Assembly (NCBI GenBank): GCA_043228905.1
Contig: JBHGNT010000006.1
Coordinates: 8,308,001-8,372,000, forward strand
Origin: Azolla caroliniana
Lineage: Eukaryota; Plantae; Polypodiophyta
Length of the DNA: 64,000 bases
Reading direction: 5' to 3'
Below the pieces are notes generated by a model. The model ran no database searches and had not been told where the DNA came from. It was given only the letters and a program-made list of their open reading frames with translations. Position numbers and translations under genes: made by a program. Below, piece by piece: positions 27,509 through 40,758 of the stretch (positions are counted from its first letter, which is position 1; each line of letters opens with the position of its first letter).

Positions 27509-28328
27509 TGTCGCGAAGTTTCGTGCGTGCGTGGAGAAAGGCGGGACCACGGGGGTCTTGGACTAGGGAGTGACGGAGCGTGGGAAGTCGTGCTTCACCA
27601 TTTCCAGGGCATCCCAGAAGCACACCGGAAGCAACCGAAGGGAGAGAGAGAGAGAGAGGAGGCACGCAATATTGACTCTCGCACACATATGTACATAAGC
27701 AAGAAAGAAACACTAAGACACACACACGCACACCAACAGAGACACAAATATGCACAACCCTGTATATATTTATGATTATAAGAGCGAGTTACAACTCCGA
27801 CTCTGAGCCGGAATGAGGTAGGCTAGGTCGCAACGGCAGTCTGCCGCCAAGCCGCCGTTGGGGAGCTCTCGGGCTCATCGCGCCGAGTGGGGTCTTGCAC
27901 AGGAGGCCGAGCTGAAGCAACCTACAACAGGGAGAGATATAACCCCGGCCGCGAGCCGGGCACGCACAGGAGAAGAAGAGTTAACCTAATAGCTTTCCCG
28001 CCATAGCTATTGCTCGACTCCTCGAGAAAGAGCCGAAAAGAAACGAAGAAGAGAAAGGATGTCGCTAACCCTAGAAAGAAACACAAAACGGTATACCCTT
28101 AAGACTCAAAAATGGGCAACCCTTCTACAAGGGACCATCCCTTCCTTTTATAGAACAAGGGGAGGGATGCGTTACAATGTGGGATAAATCCCGATTTACA
28201 TGGGATTCTTCATCCCGACTTAACTCCTATTATTCACACAATTTCACGAGGGTGAGTGCACATGGTGCACCCCGCTGATGTAGCCAATATTTCCCGGTTT
28301 CCGCCTTTGGAAGAAATTCTTCACGACA
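27509..28328 (-). mobile_element. Solo LTR (CCGG-family Gypsy) in element A
   Basis: TGTCGCGAAG...TCTTCACGACA; flanks ACGG/ACGC. Confidence 0.9.
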
Positions 28329-31057
28329 ACGCTTAAAGGTGTGCGGAGCCTTGAGTCACGACGAAGGGATTGGGGAAGCCATGGAGGCGGTCTCGTTCGA
28401 TGACACCCTTGGGGAAATCGGGAAAGTAGTCGAAGGAGGCCTAAGCGAAGGCTGAGTCATACCTGTCAACTTGATCGACATGTATGAAGTCATTGTGAAC
28501 TTCGAAAGAAAAACTAGGGCGCATCGGATGGCCTGAGTAGACACCAAGCACAAGACTGTGGATCGGAAGGTGAAGCCCGTCGCGGTCCTCTTATCGGAGG
28601 GCAGCTGGGAACGAATAAAGGGGGTCACTACTGATCCGAGCTTGCGAGATCCGGCCGTCATAGGACACCATTTCACTGACAAAATGCTACGAGAGTTGAA
28701 GATTGGTGGGGGTGGCTTCCTACTGCCGGCATAGGAGGACCGATTTAGAAGGATGCTCGAGAGGCATGGGAAAGCCTTCGCATTCTCGCCGGGAGAGATC
28801 GGATGCGTCGACCCAACCATTGTCGAACCAATGGTGATCTTTACCGTGCCGCACGTGCCATGGAGTCTCAAACCAATTCAAGTACCGAGAGCTCACATGC
28901 CAATGTTGATGGAGCTTCTCAAGCAGAAGGTGGAGCTGGGCATCCTCAAACCATCGTGCCCCTTACTCTAACCGGTGGTTTACGGTACCGAAGAAGAACG
29001 GTATGTTGCGCTTCATCCAAGACTTACAACTGATCAACAAGGTGATCATCTGCAATACGAGAGTTGCACCATCGATCGATAAGTTCGTAGAAGCCTTCGT
29101 CGGAAGGTCCATATACTCGGTTAGAGAGCTTTACTCGGGGTATGACTAGTTCCAGCTGGTCGTGGAAAGCAAGGACATCACAACAATGTGAACCCCTCTC
29201 GGCCTAGTTCGAATGTGTACCCTACCACAGGGGGGGACCAACTCAGTGGCACACATGGTGAATGCAATGAACAAAGTTCTGCAGGACTGCATTCCGGACA
29301 TCACCATGCCTTTCCTGGACGACATCCCTATCAAGGGGTGTCCAGAGGACACCAAGGATGAGTCGATCGGCATAGATGGGTGCTGAAGGTTTGTCACCGA
29401 CCATATCTCCGACTGCGAGAAGATACTATAGAGGCTCGAAGGCGTGCGGCTTACCTTCTCAGGAGAAAAGTCAGCCTTCGGACAGCCAGAGATCTTAGTG
29501 GTGGACCATCCATGTGGGTCGTAAGGACAGAAGCCATCGCTGACCAAGGTAGAGGCCATCTCAGCAATGAAGGAGGATTGCGGATCCATCACAGAGGTCT
29601 GACGATTCTTAGGAGCATGCGTCTTCTACCACATATGGATCCCTCATTACGCTCATGTCGCCGAACCACTCTACAGCTTCCTAAAGAAGAGCAGGAAATT
29701 CGAATGGACAAGCAACATACCGAGGCGGTCCGAAGGCTAAAACGAACGCTCATCGTGGCACCAACTTTACACAAAGCGGAATATGCACTGGGAACTCCGG
29801 TCTACATCACGGTGCACACTAGCCCGATTGGGATCGGATGGGTCGTAAACCAAGAGGACGAAAACGACACGCGTTTCCCTATCTGGTTCGGTGCGAAGGT
29901 ATTGAGTGAGCGACATTGAGGATATGCCCAAGTCAAGTGCGAGCTATGGGGTATTGTTTCGGCGATTAAGGTCGACAAAGACTATCTAATCAGGGCAGAA
30001 GTGATCATAGAAACGGACTGCCTGCCGATTCTCGGTATGGTCTCCGGATGCGCAACTCCCGACCTGGCCATGCTCAGGTGGATTGCGTACATCAATTCCC
30101 TGAACCCAGAGATACGACACATCTCGGGTAAAGACAACGCCATGGCCGATATGCTTTCCAGAGCAAGGTTCGAGGATGAGGACGACATGGTATCAGAGAA
30201 CGAAGAAGTCGAGGCGGACTTCTTCGAATCAACAAGGATGAGGTAAAAAGCCGAAGCGCTCCGCCCCTGAACGTGTTCGACGAAGATGACTACGACGGGG
30301 AGTGGCTTCTAATCGGAAGATTTCTAAAAAGAATGACGATGGACGTCTCGATGACTAGGGAGGAAGCAGGACAACTCCGAAAAAGGGCATACCGATACTT
30401 CCTACGAAATGGGAAAATCTGGAGGGCCCCAAAAAGGCGAAACGACGCGCTGCTCCGGGTAATAGCGCGGGCGGATGATCAAGAGAAGCTCATATCGGAG
30501 TTCCACGAAAGCCCTTGGTCTGGACACCGGGGTACATGGGCCACATTTGAGAAGTTAAAGGAGAAATACTGGTTGCCAGATGCACTCGGTGGTTCGACAC
30601 CGCGACGAGCTGCATCCAACATACCCCCCGGATGTGCACTTCAAATGGATGGTCGACTTAGTAACGATGCTGATGGGAGAGGGTCAAAATCGATACTTGG
30701 TGCTGGCTAGAGGGTCAGAAGGCCGAGCACTAACAAACAAGACCACCGCGGCAGTATGTATGTTTCTGATCGAAGATGTCATATGTCGATACGGGTGCGT
30801 GGGAAAAATCGTGGCTGACCGAGGAGAGCTAGACGCGGAAGAGGCCGAGGAACTGTTCGATGGGCTAGGCGTAAAATTGTCCCTCATGACGGCATACAAC
30901 CCGGAGGCCAATGGAAAGATTGAGCGGGGCCACGACCCGATCATAAAAGCCATTGTACGCGCATGTGAAGGACGAGTCGGCGACTGGCCAAGGTTGCTCC
31001 CTTACGCGCAATGGGTGGACTGCACTACCCACAGTTCGGTCACTGGGTACATGCCGG

Positions 31058-33566
31058 TGTCGTGAAGAAAACCGTCCACAAGCGGAATCGGTGCAGAGGA
31101 GCGTAGGAACCGGCTCTTATCGAATGTTGTCCTTAGAAGATGCTAGGCAGGTAGATTTAGTGGGTGGGAAGTAAAGGGGAAACAGCTCCTTCCCTGCCTA
31201 TAAAAGGGAGGGAGACGAGCAGGCGAAGGGATCGCGGAGAGTCGAGGACGAAGTGTTGTCGGTTTGCGTGCCACACCGGACCTGGCGATGGTTTCCGGAT
31301 GCACGACACCGGACCTGGCGATGCTCAGGTGGATAGCGTACATCAAGTCCCTGGACCCGGAAATACGGCACATTTCCGGAAAGGACAACGCCATGGCCGA
31401 CATGCTTTCGAGGGCGAGGTTTGATGATGAGGGCGGCATGGTTTCGGAGGACGAAGAAGTCGGCGTGGACTTCTTCGAGGCAACGTACGTAACGACCGAT
31501 GGGACGAGCACTCCGGCACTTAACGACTTCGACGAGAGCAACTACGACGGCGAGTGGCTCTAGATCGGTGGATTTTTGAGGACGATGATGCCGGATGCGT
31601 CGTGGACGAAGGACGAGGCCAACCGGATCCGGAAGAAAGCTTACCTATTCTTTCTCCGGGACGGATACTTATGGAAGCACCCGAAGAAGAGGAACGACGT
31701 CCCGCTCCGGGTGGTGGCGATGAAGGAAGAACAGGAGGAGCTGCTGACGGCCTACCACGACAGCCCTTGGGCCGGACACCGTGGAACGTGGGCCACGTTC
31801 GAGAAGATAAAGGGGAAGTACTGGTGGCCGGGACTGTACCGGGACGTGCATCGGTTCGTGACAACTTGCGAGAGCTTTCAGATGCACTCCGTAGTCCGAC
31901 ATCGGGACGAGCTTCACCCTACGTACCCGCCGACCATCCACTTCAAATGGATGGTAGATCTGGTGACGATGCCGATGGGAGTAGGACAGATGCGGTATCT
32001 AGTCCTGGCTCGGGAAGATCTGACGAACCAGGTGGAAGGCCGAGCCCTTAAGAACAAAACGACCACGGCCGTATGTCGGTTCCTTATTGAGGACGTGATA
32101 TGCCGGTACGGGTGCGTCGGGAAGATCGTGGCTGATCGCGGGGAGTTGGACGCCGAAGAGGCCGAGGAGCTGTTTGACCGACTAGGAGTCAAGCTCTCGC
32201 TCACTACTGCATACAATCCGGAGGCGAATGGAAAGGTGGAGCGTGGACACGGACCGATCGTCAAGGCGTTAGTTCGGGCATGCGGAGGTCAAGTTAGGAA
32301 CTGGCCGCGGCTGCTGCCTTACGCGTTGTGGGCGGACCGAACTACGCACAGTTCGGTAACCGGATTCATGCCGGCAGAACTCATGTTTGGGCAGAAGCCG
32401 GTCATGCCGATGGAACGTACGATCTCCTCCTGGGCAACCGTGGACTAGAGAGACGAGATGAGCCGGGAGGAACTGCTGGCGGCGCGTATACAACAGCTCG
32501 AGCGAAGACCGGAGGACGTGGAGCAGGCTACGGAAAAGCTTCGGGAAGCAAGGATGAGGAACAAAGCCCGGTTCGACCGAACGCACCGGCTCTGACCGAG
32601 GAAGATCGAGGAAGGCGACTGGGTGCTAGTCTACGACAACAGCCTCGACAACCAGCACCGAGCGACACGGAAGTTAGCAAGAAGGTGGTTCGGGCCTTAC
32701 GTGGTACAAAGGACAACGGGACGTACCATCTGGCGGAACTCGACGGCACGAGAATGGCGATACCGGTAAGCGTTCAAGAAGCGTCACGACGACGAGCTGG
32801 ATCCGGTCGACCTGGACCGCGACGACGAACGATCCGAAACCGAGGCAGAACCGACGAGCGGGGAATGAAGGCTGGACCGGTTTTCTCCGTCCCAACTCAA
32901 TCTGGCGCATGCCGGTGGATGCGCGGTTAGGTGGGGGCGGATGTCGTGAAGAAAACCGTCCACAAGCGGAATCGGTGGAGAGGAGCGTAGGAACCGGCTC
33001 TTCTCGAATGTTGTCCTTAGAAGATTCTAGGCAGGTAGATTTAGTGGGTGGGAAGTAAAGGGGGAACGACTCCTTCCCTGCCTATAAAAGGGAGGGAGAT
33101 GAGCAGGCGAAGGGATCGCGGAGAGTCGAGGACGAAGTGCTGTCGGTTTGCGTGCGAAGGCTTCTCTCTCTCTCTGGTTCGCAAACTCCATAGCTTCCTT
33201 CTGTGCAGGTTTCGGGAGGCTCGCGCTGCTCTGAGGAATGCCCGAGTGCTTCCGGTAGCACCTCCAACCTGCTCCTGTCTTTCTGTGCGTTTACGAACAG
33301 GCATCGGCTTCTGTTCGCCGGCCTGTTCGGTTGTAACCGACTTCGTGTTTTGTTGCTTTCGTGTTTTGTTGTTAGTCTTGTTAATACATACATACATTCG
33401 TGTCTCTCTGTGTCGCTGCCCCACTCGCTTCTTTGTGTCGAAGGGCCGTGTCCCTGTGAATCTACTCTCGCACGTAGTGGGTCTCTTCTCCTTTCTCTCT
33501 TGCTCTTCGGTACAGGACCCCCGAGGTCCCGCCTCATTCCACGCATCCGCGAGGAATACCTCGACA
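31058..33566 (+). mobile_element. Internally deleted Gypsy element B (truncated 5' LTR, integrase, 3' LTR) nested in the integrase of A
   Basis: Perfect TSD CCGG (31054-31057 and 33567-33570). The 5' LTR 31058-~31270 matches the 3' LTR 32942-33566. Integrase ORF 31576-32448. Confidence 0.92.
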
Positions 33567-34916
33567 CCGGCGGAACTAATGCTTGGACACAAACCCATCA
33601 TGCCAGTGGAGCAGACAATCGCCTCGTGGACGGCGATCGATTGGGCCAATGAAATGAGCCGAGAGGAATTGCTAGTAGCCCGGATCCGACAGCTCGAGCG
33701 AAGGCCAGGAGAAGTGGAGCGGGCCACGACAAGGGTGAAAGAAGCGAGAAACCGGAACAAGGCCCGGTTCGACCGAGCACACCGGATGTGGCCAAGGAAG
33801 ATCGAGGAGGGCGATTGGGTGTTAGTCTACAACAGCAGCCTCGACAACCAGCATAGGTCTATGCGTAAGTTCATGAAGCGATGGTTCAGGCCATACGTGG
33901 TAATTAGCGTCAACGATAACACGACGTATCATCTCGCTGAGCTCGACGGGACCCGAATGACGACTCCGGTGGCCGGGAAGCGGATAAAGGCCTTCAAGAG
34001 GCGGAACGAGACAGAACCAGACCCAAGAGCCGAAAGCGCCAGTTCTGAAGGGGAGAACGAGTAGCAAATGGTCCGGAATCCCTCACTAAATTCGCTGCCC
34101 AGCACATAATGGAGTATGTGCGGTTTAGTGGGGGTGGATGTCGTGAAGATTCCGGGCCATAGGTGGAAACAATGCGAAACGCGCAGAAACATTGGAATGC
34201 ACGAGTGCACAACCCTAGCGAATTAGATAGTGTAAGTACTAGGCATAGGTAGAAGGAGGTGTACTAGGTAGTTGAAGCATTAATAGGGATTCAGACATTG
34301 CATAAGTAGAGAGAGTTACGAGGAGAGCGAATGAAGGGAGGGGGAGAATCTAGGAAGTTAAAGCGACAAGGCCATGAATGCTCTGTAACGGTCGCTCCTT
34401 GTGCTATAAAAGGGGCGACCCTCAACTAATTTTGGGGGGGTCTAGAGAGGAGAAAAGAGACGGAGAGGAGAAAGGAAATAGAGACCAAAGAAGACAAGGA
34501 GTCCTACGACGTGTCACCAGAAGGCGCTTCCCCTGCTCGCGTCAGACGCCCGAGTGCTCTCGACCAGGGGATCGACCTTCTGTGTGCCCACTCAACTTCG
34601 TATCTGACTACTGTAGAGCCTACGCTTGAACACGGGCACTGATCCGACTATAATCACCCACGACGCTACGCTCATATATTGATTAGTAGAAGCTTATCCA
34701 CCTAACGCAAGTTATTCTTAGCATATCTGTCTATGCCTGTGTCTACGCACGACCCTCTTACACTATCTCTCTCGTTTCGCTAAATCTTTTCTGTTTAAAC
34801 CCCGGTCTTAGGGCTCACGTAAACCACATACTCTTCCTCCTCTCTTCTTGATTCCTTGGTTCAAGACCCCTGTGGTCCTACCCAACTTCTACGGATCCAC
34901 GAGGATTTCCTCGACA

Positions 34917-37900
34917 CCGGGCCTTCATCATCATCCGGTTCTCACCGGACTTTCATCATCCGGCTCTCACCGGGCTTACATCATCCCATCCGGAGGGACC
35001 GAAATCCTAACAAACTCCCCCTTCACTCCGGCATGGGATGCCTCGTCAATTCGATCCGCTTCCGCCATGCGTCCAACTTGTTGGGTGTCAGCACTTTGGT
35101 CAACATATTTGACCCGTCCTCCTCAGTGTGGATCTTCGTCAACACGAACTCTTGATCCTCAACTCGCTCCTGGATCCAGTGGTACGTACGCTGGAAGTGC
35201 TTCGTCCTGGAATGATACGTTGTGTTCTTCGCAAGGTGGATGGCACTTTGGCTGTCGCAATAGAGCCGGTATTCCTCTTGCCGGATCCCTTGCTCTCCGA
35301 TGAAGTCCTTCATCCATAGTATTTCCTTGTCGGCTTCCACAGATGCCATGTACTCTGCTTCCGTGGTTGACAGCGCAACCGTCTTCTGTAGTCTCAATTA
35401 CCACGAAACAACTCCCCCCGCTTATGTCATCACATATCCGTATGTTGACCAGTTGGTATCCGCATCAGCCGACATGTCCGAATCCTTGAATTTTTCGAGT
35501 TGGGGTTTACCTGAGCCGAATTAAAGGCTCATACTCGAAGTGCCCTTCAAATACCGGAGTATCCATTTTACCGCATTCCAATGCTCCTTGTCGGGATTGC
35601 TCATAAACCGGCTCACCACTCTGACTTCGTATCCGATATCCGGTCGGGTACACACCATTGCATACATTAAGCTCCCAATGGCAGAGGCATATGGTATCTT
35701 CATCATATCCGCCTTCTTTGCCTTTGTCTTCGGGCTTTGCTTACCGGATAACCTGCAGTTTGCCGGGAGTGTCGATCCGACCGGTTTTGCATCTGGCATG
35801 TTGAACCGCTGAAGCACCTTTGTCATGTACTTCTCCTGTGACAGCCACAATTGCTTCTTTGACTGGTCCCAAATGATATGCATCCCCAGTATCTGTCTTG
35901 CTGGACCCAAGTCTTTCATTGAGAAGGTCCGGTTAAGGGCCTTCTTCAGCATTCAAATCTTTGCTTGGTCTTGTCCGACGATCAACATGTCATCCACATA
36001 CAGGAGGAGTATCAGGAAGTCTCCACCTTCGAACTTCTTCACAAATACACAGTGATCGGCTTGCGTCTTGTGGTATCCTTGATCCGTCATGAAGGAATCG
36101 AACTTCCGGTACCATTGTCGAGGAGCCTGCTTCAAATTGTAGAGGCTCTTCTTCAACCGGCAAACCAGGTGCTCCTCCCCCTTCTTCACAAATCCCTCCT
36201 CCGGTTGCTGCATGTGGATCTCCTCTTCGAGGTCGCCATGGAGGAACGCCGTCTTCACGTCTAACTGCTCTACCTCGAGGTCCATGCTTGCCGCTATGCT
36301 CAGCACTGTCCAGATGGAAGTCATTTTTACTACCGGGGCAAATATCTCGCCGAAGTCCACGCCCTTTTTTTGCTAGAACCCCTTCACCACGATCCTGGCT
36401 TTGTATCTCGGGGGGTTACCGGCATCTCCCGGTTTCAGCTTGTATACCCACTTGTTTCGGAGTGCCCTCTTTCCTTTTGGCAACTCCACAAATCCATATG
36501 TGTGGTTCTGATGCAGGGAATCCATCTTGTCCTGTATGGCACTCAACCACTTGCGACTATGGGTGTCATCCTTCGCTTCTTCGAAGCTTTCCGGCTCCCC
36601 CTCATCGGTTAGCAACACACGCTCTACATCCGGAAATCTCCGGGGGGACCTTCTCTCTCTGAGAGGATATCTACGTCCTTGACTTTCGGTAACCGGCTCC
36701 TCTGTTTGTTCTTCATCCGAATCCGAGTCGGGGTCTTGGCCGGTTCCGGTTTCTTCTTCTTCTGCTGCTAGTTTGGTATCCTCACCGTAACCGACCGATT
36801 CTTCGAGTGTCAACCGGCTCTTAGCCGGGAAGGTCCGAATCTTATCAAACCGATCCTTACCAGTGGACTTAGAGTTCATTATCTTCTTCTCCGACTCCTA
36901 GTCGGCAAGGGTCTTGTACTCCATGAAGATAATATCTCGACTCCGGAAAACCTTCTTGTCGACCGGATCCCAGACTCGGTAGCCGAACTCATCATCGCCG
37001 TATCCGAGCAATATGCAAAGCTGGAACTTTGGATCCCACTTTGCTCTCCGGTCCTTTGCAACATGCACGTAAGTAAGACACCCGAACACCTTCAGATGCT
37101 GGTAAGACACTTCCTTACCAGTCCACACTCTCTGCGGTGTGTCTCCGTCCAAGGGTACTGAGGGTGCTCTGTTTATCACATATGTCGTTGTCAACAACGC
37201 CTCAGCCCAAAACGTCTTGGGTAACTTTGCATGTGCCAGCATACTCTGGACCCTCTCCATTATGGTCTGGTTCATCCTCTCAACCAACCCATTTAGTTCT
37301 GGCGTCTTCGACACGGTAAATTCGAGCCAGATTCCCTTCGAGTGGCAATACTCCTCAAACTGCCCCCGATATTCTCCTCCGTTATCTGCTCGAACCGCCT
37401 TCAGCTTCCGGCCAGTTTCTTTTTCCACTCTTGCGTGGAGCTCCTTGAAGACGGATAACACATGATCCTTCGTCTTCAACGGTGTGGCCCATAGCTTCCG
37501 GCTGTGATCGTCTATGAACATCACGAAGTACTGTGATCCGGCATGTGACTTCATGTCCACTTGACACACATCGGTATGCACTAGCTCCAGTGGTGCATTA
37601 TGTCTCATCAGTGGCCTTGATTGGAAGGAGGTCCTGTTTTGCTTACCGGCCAGGCAGTCGATGCACCTCTCAAGATGCACGTCCTTTAACGGAATGAGGT
37701 TGTCATCGGCAAGCCTCATCATCCCCTTCTCGCTCATGTGACACAGTCTCTTGTGCCACAGCTCACCAGCAGTGTTAGATGCCACGTTCACTTCTTCTGG
37801 GCATAACCGAGCATTCATCAGGTATAGTGTGTTGACTTTTCGGTCCTGAGCCACTATTAGGCTCCCTTTGCTGAACTTCATAACACCGTTCCGGATGCTA

Positions 37901-39625
37901 CCCGTGTAGCCTTCATCATCTAGATGATCGGCTGATATCAGGTTCAGTCGGACATCCTTCAGTAGTTGCTTGCATCCGGTTGGTGTTGTCAACCACACAT
38001 CTCCTATGCCGACAATTCGGCATGTACCTTCATTCCCCATCCGGACACAGCCGTGCTCACTGACTGTGTAGGATGAGAAGCCTTTTCGGTCCGGGGTCAG
38101 GTGGAACGATGCTCCGGAATCGACAACCCACGTTGTCTCGTCGCCGGCAAGGTTCAACTCACTCTCCTCGGTGATGAGCATCAACTCCTCTTCACTTGCT
38201 GCGATTGCCGTCGTTCCCTTCCGGTCCGGTCTCCTTCGGTCTTTACCGTTCCAGTCCAGTGACCGCTTCGAACCGGTACTGTCGGTTTCCTTTTCTTTTC
38301 AGAAATGCCGATAGGTCTTCTGGAAGTGCCCCGGCTTGCCGCAATAGAAGCAAGTGGGCCTCCTCATTGACTTTGACCGTGTCCCTGACTTTTCCCGGTT
38401 CTAGGGACTCCAGTTCCTTTGTCTTCCACGTTCCGATTTGGTAAGGAGTGCTTTGGAGTCGGAGCTCGTATCCTTGTCTTTCCGACATGCCTCCTCATCT
38501 AGCAAGCTCGACTTGACTCTTGCTAGGGACAACTGCTTCCCTTCTGGCCTGGCGTTGCCCAAAGTGACAACCAACGTCTCCCAGCTATCTGGGAGGGAAC
38601 GGAGCAGGAGTAGTGCCAGTACCTCATCATCGAGAGGTACTTGCCTGGTGAATCAGCCCCTAGAAGGCATTCATGTGCTCTGCCATGCTGGAGCCATCTT
38701 GGTACCGGAGCCTCACTAGCTTCTGAAATACCGAAACCCGATTTACAACATTTTTGTTCTGAAACATAATGCCGATCTTCTCCCATAGCTCATGAGCCTT
38801 GCTCTCTTCATTGAAGTTGTTGTATAGGCTCATGTCGATGAAGCACCATATGTACGCAGTTGTCTTCATGTGCATCACCTCCCATATCGTGGCATCGATC
38901 TTGTCCAGTCTCTTGTCCCCGAACTGAACCAGCAACCAAAGATCTTTAACCACGAGCATGTCCCTCATCTTCGACTTCCACACTGAGTAGTTGGAGCCGG
39001 TGAGCTTGAACATGCCTCCCAATGAATCTTCCATTTTCTGTGTCGTTTCGCTTTGATACCAATTTGTAGAGAATATGCGGAATAATCTTTGGCCACAACC
39101 GAGACTTAGATATCTTAATGATAATCAAACACAAAAGAAATGAGAAATGGAAGTAAGTACACAAACAGAAGAGAATGCATAGGATGTTAACGTGGAAAAC
39201 CCTAAATGGGAAAAACCACGGGAACCCACAGACTCCAAACTATCACTATGTCCAGAGGAATACAACAGGTAAACACGGAGGCAATGACCTCGTCCTCACA
39301 CTCTTCGCCTGGCGGCGGTTACAACAGAGTCTTACTCTGTTTCTCTCTCTCTCTCTCTTTGTGTTACGCTTTGTACAACAGTTACACTCAATAACTCTAT
39401 ACAAAATAATGACAACACAAAACTATTTATATTGTTACTGTTTGCCCTAGGTCATATTTATTCTAACATGACTTTCGGGCTATTTACAAATATAGCCCCT
39501 GTGGGCTCTCTGGAACATATTTACATATATATCCCTTCATCCGGTGAGAGTTTCTCACCGAGCCTTCATCATCTGGCTCTCACCGGGCCTGCATCATCCC
39601 ATCCGGAGGGACCGAAATCCTAACA
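34917..39625 (-). mobile_element. Ty1/Copia element 2, disrupted; 3' LTR interrupted by Gypsy A
   Basis: 5' LTR 39065-39625. PBS TGGTATCAAAGC (iMet; 39050-39061 rc). gag ATG at 39034. WVVDSGAS, HTDVC, QLDVKTAFLHG, YVDD and CDSQSA motifs. PPT rc at ~35015-35022. 3' LTR remnant 34917-35012. Confidence 0.93.
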
Positions 39626-40580
39626 GATAAGGCCCATATTTATCCTCAAGATGTCCAACTCTTACGTGTACATGTCCTCCATCTGACTCATCTCCTACCG
39701 TATGCGGGATTGAATTTCCACCGGCAACTTATTCTTGGTTACCATCTACTCTTGATACCTCTCCTTTTGCTTTGACTTTGCCTCGTGAAGTTCCTCGATC
39801 ATTAGTTCGGTGCTTGAGGTAGCCATTTTTTGTTCATCCAAGGCTGCTATGGTCTGGTTGTGCGCTATCATGAATACGTCGAGCTTGTCGTGGAGATTCT
39901 TTGCATTTGTCCGGACCATGGCCTAAACACCTTTCTTGCAATCCGAGGACTGTTGAAGTTTTGACCAAAGCCGCTCGATCTCCGTTTCCACCAACGTCGC
40001 TGCTTTCTTTGCTTTGGCTGTTATTGCTTGTTGGGCCTCTACCTCCTCGTGTAATCTTGATTGTCATCTATGGAGGAGCCTTCTGTGGGGGCTGCGAATG
40101 TGGCGCTTTGTAGTTGTAGTTGTAATTCGGCCATACCTACTTGCAGCTCCTGTATCTGCCGCTTGTGAAGCTTCACTGTTTTTCTCGCCTGCTTATTCTT
40201 GTAACCCATATCCTTTACGCCGAGTCTCACCTACGCCAACTCTTGCTGAACTTCGACTAGGGCCATGTATAGTGCTAGCAATTCGATTGTTCTGTGGCGT
40301 CCATCCGCATGCCGTTTCCGGTCGATCTTGCTCAAGGCGTTCTCCTCCTCAGGTTTTATTAATCCTGCAATAGTGCGTTGGATCATTTGTTTCTTTGTGT
40401 GTTCTTCGGCCATGCGCCTGGCCACAACGACCTATTGCACTGTGAGGAAATCGACCAGTTTGAAAGTCATCCCGAACTGCAAGATGGCAGCGAATTCGTG
40501 CGCGACGGATGGGATTTCGCGGTAAGCGAGGACTTTTCTCTTTTGGATTAGGGAACCTTTCCCTCGATCCAGCTTCCCGG
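39626..40580 (-). mobile_element. Decayed gag-like or coiled-coil ORF remnant of an older element; continues at 45528 after element C
   Basis: Broken minus-strand frames (MARRMAEEHTKKQMIQR..., ...LHKRQIQELQ...). Element C is inserted here with a CCGG TSD. Confidence 0.4.
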
Positions 40581-40653
40581 TGTCGCGTTGTTACGTGCGT
40601 GTGTGGAGAAAGGGGCGGGACCACGGGGGTCTTGAACCGAGGACCGAGATAGA

Positions 40654-40758
<105 letters not shown>

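Larger units (their letters stand above)
24630..34916 (+). mobile_element. Ty3/Gypsy element A (5' end missing), host of three nested insertions
   Basis: gag knuckle CIWCDAIGHSWRDC, protease ALIDHGSEINL, RT LPQGGTN and FLDDIPIKG, RNase H ETDCLP, integrase GHRG...HFKWMVDL...ADRGE. PPT then 3' LTR 34139-34916 (TGTCGTGAAG...CCTCGACA), followed by CCGG. Confidence 0.92.

Noticed and set aside
33041-34064. Long ORFs (338 aa plus, 239 aa minus) as novel genes
   Set aside because: They are chance read-through of a GC-rich LTR into the host integrase tail.
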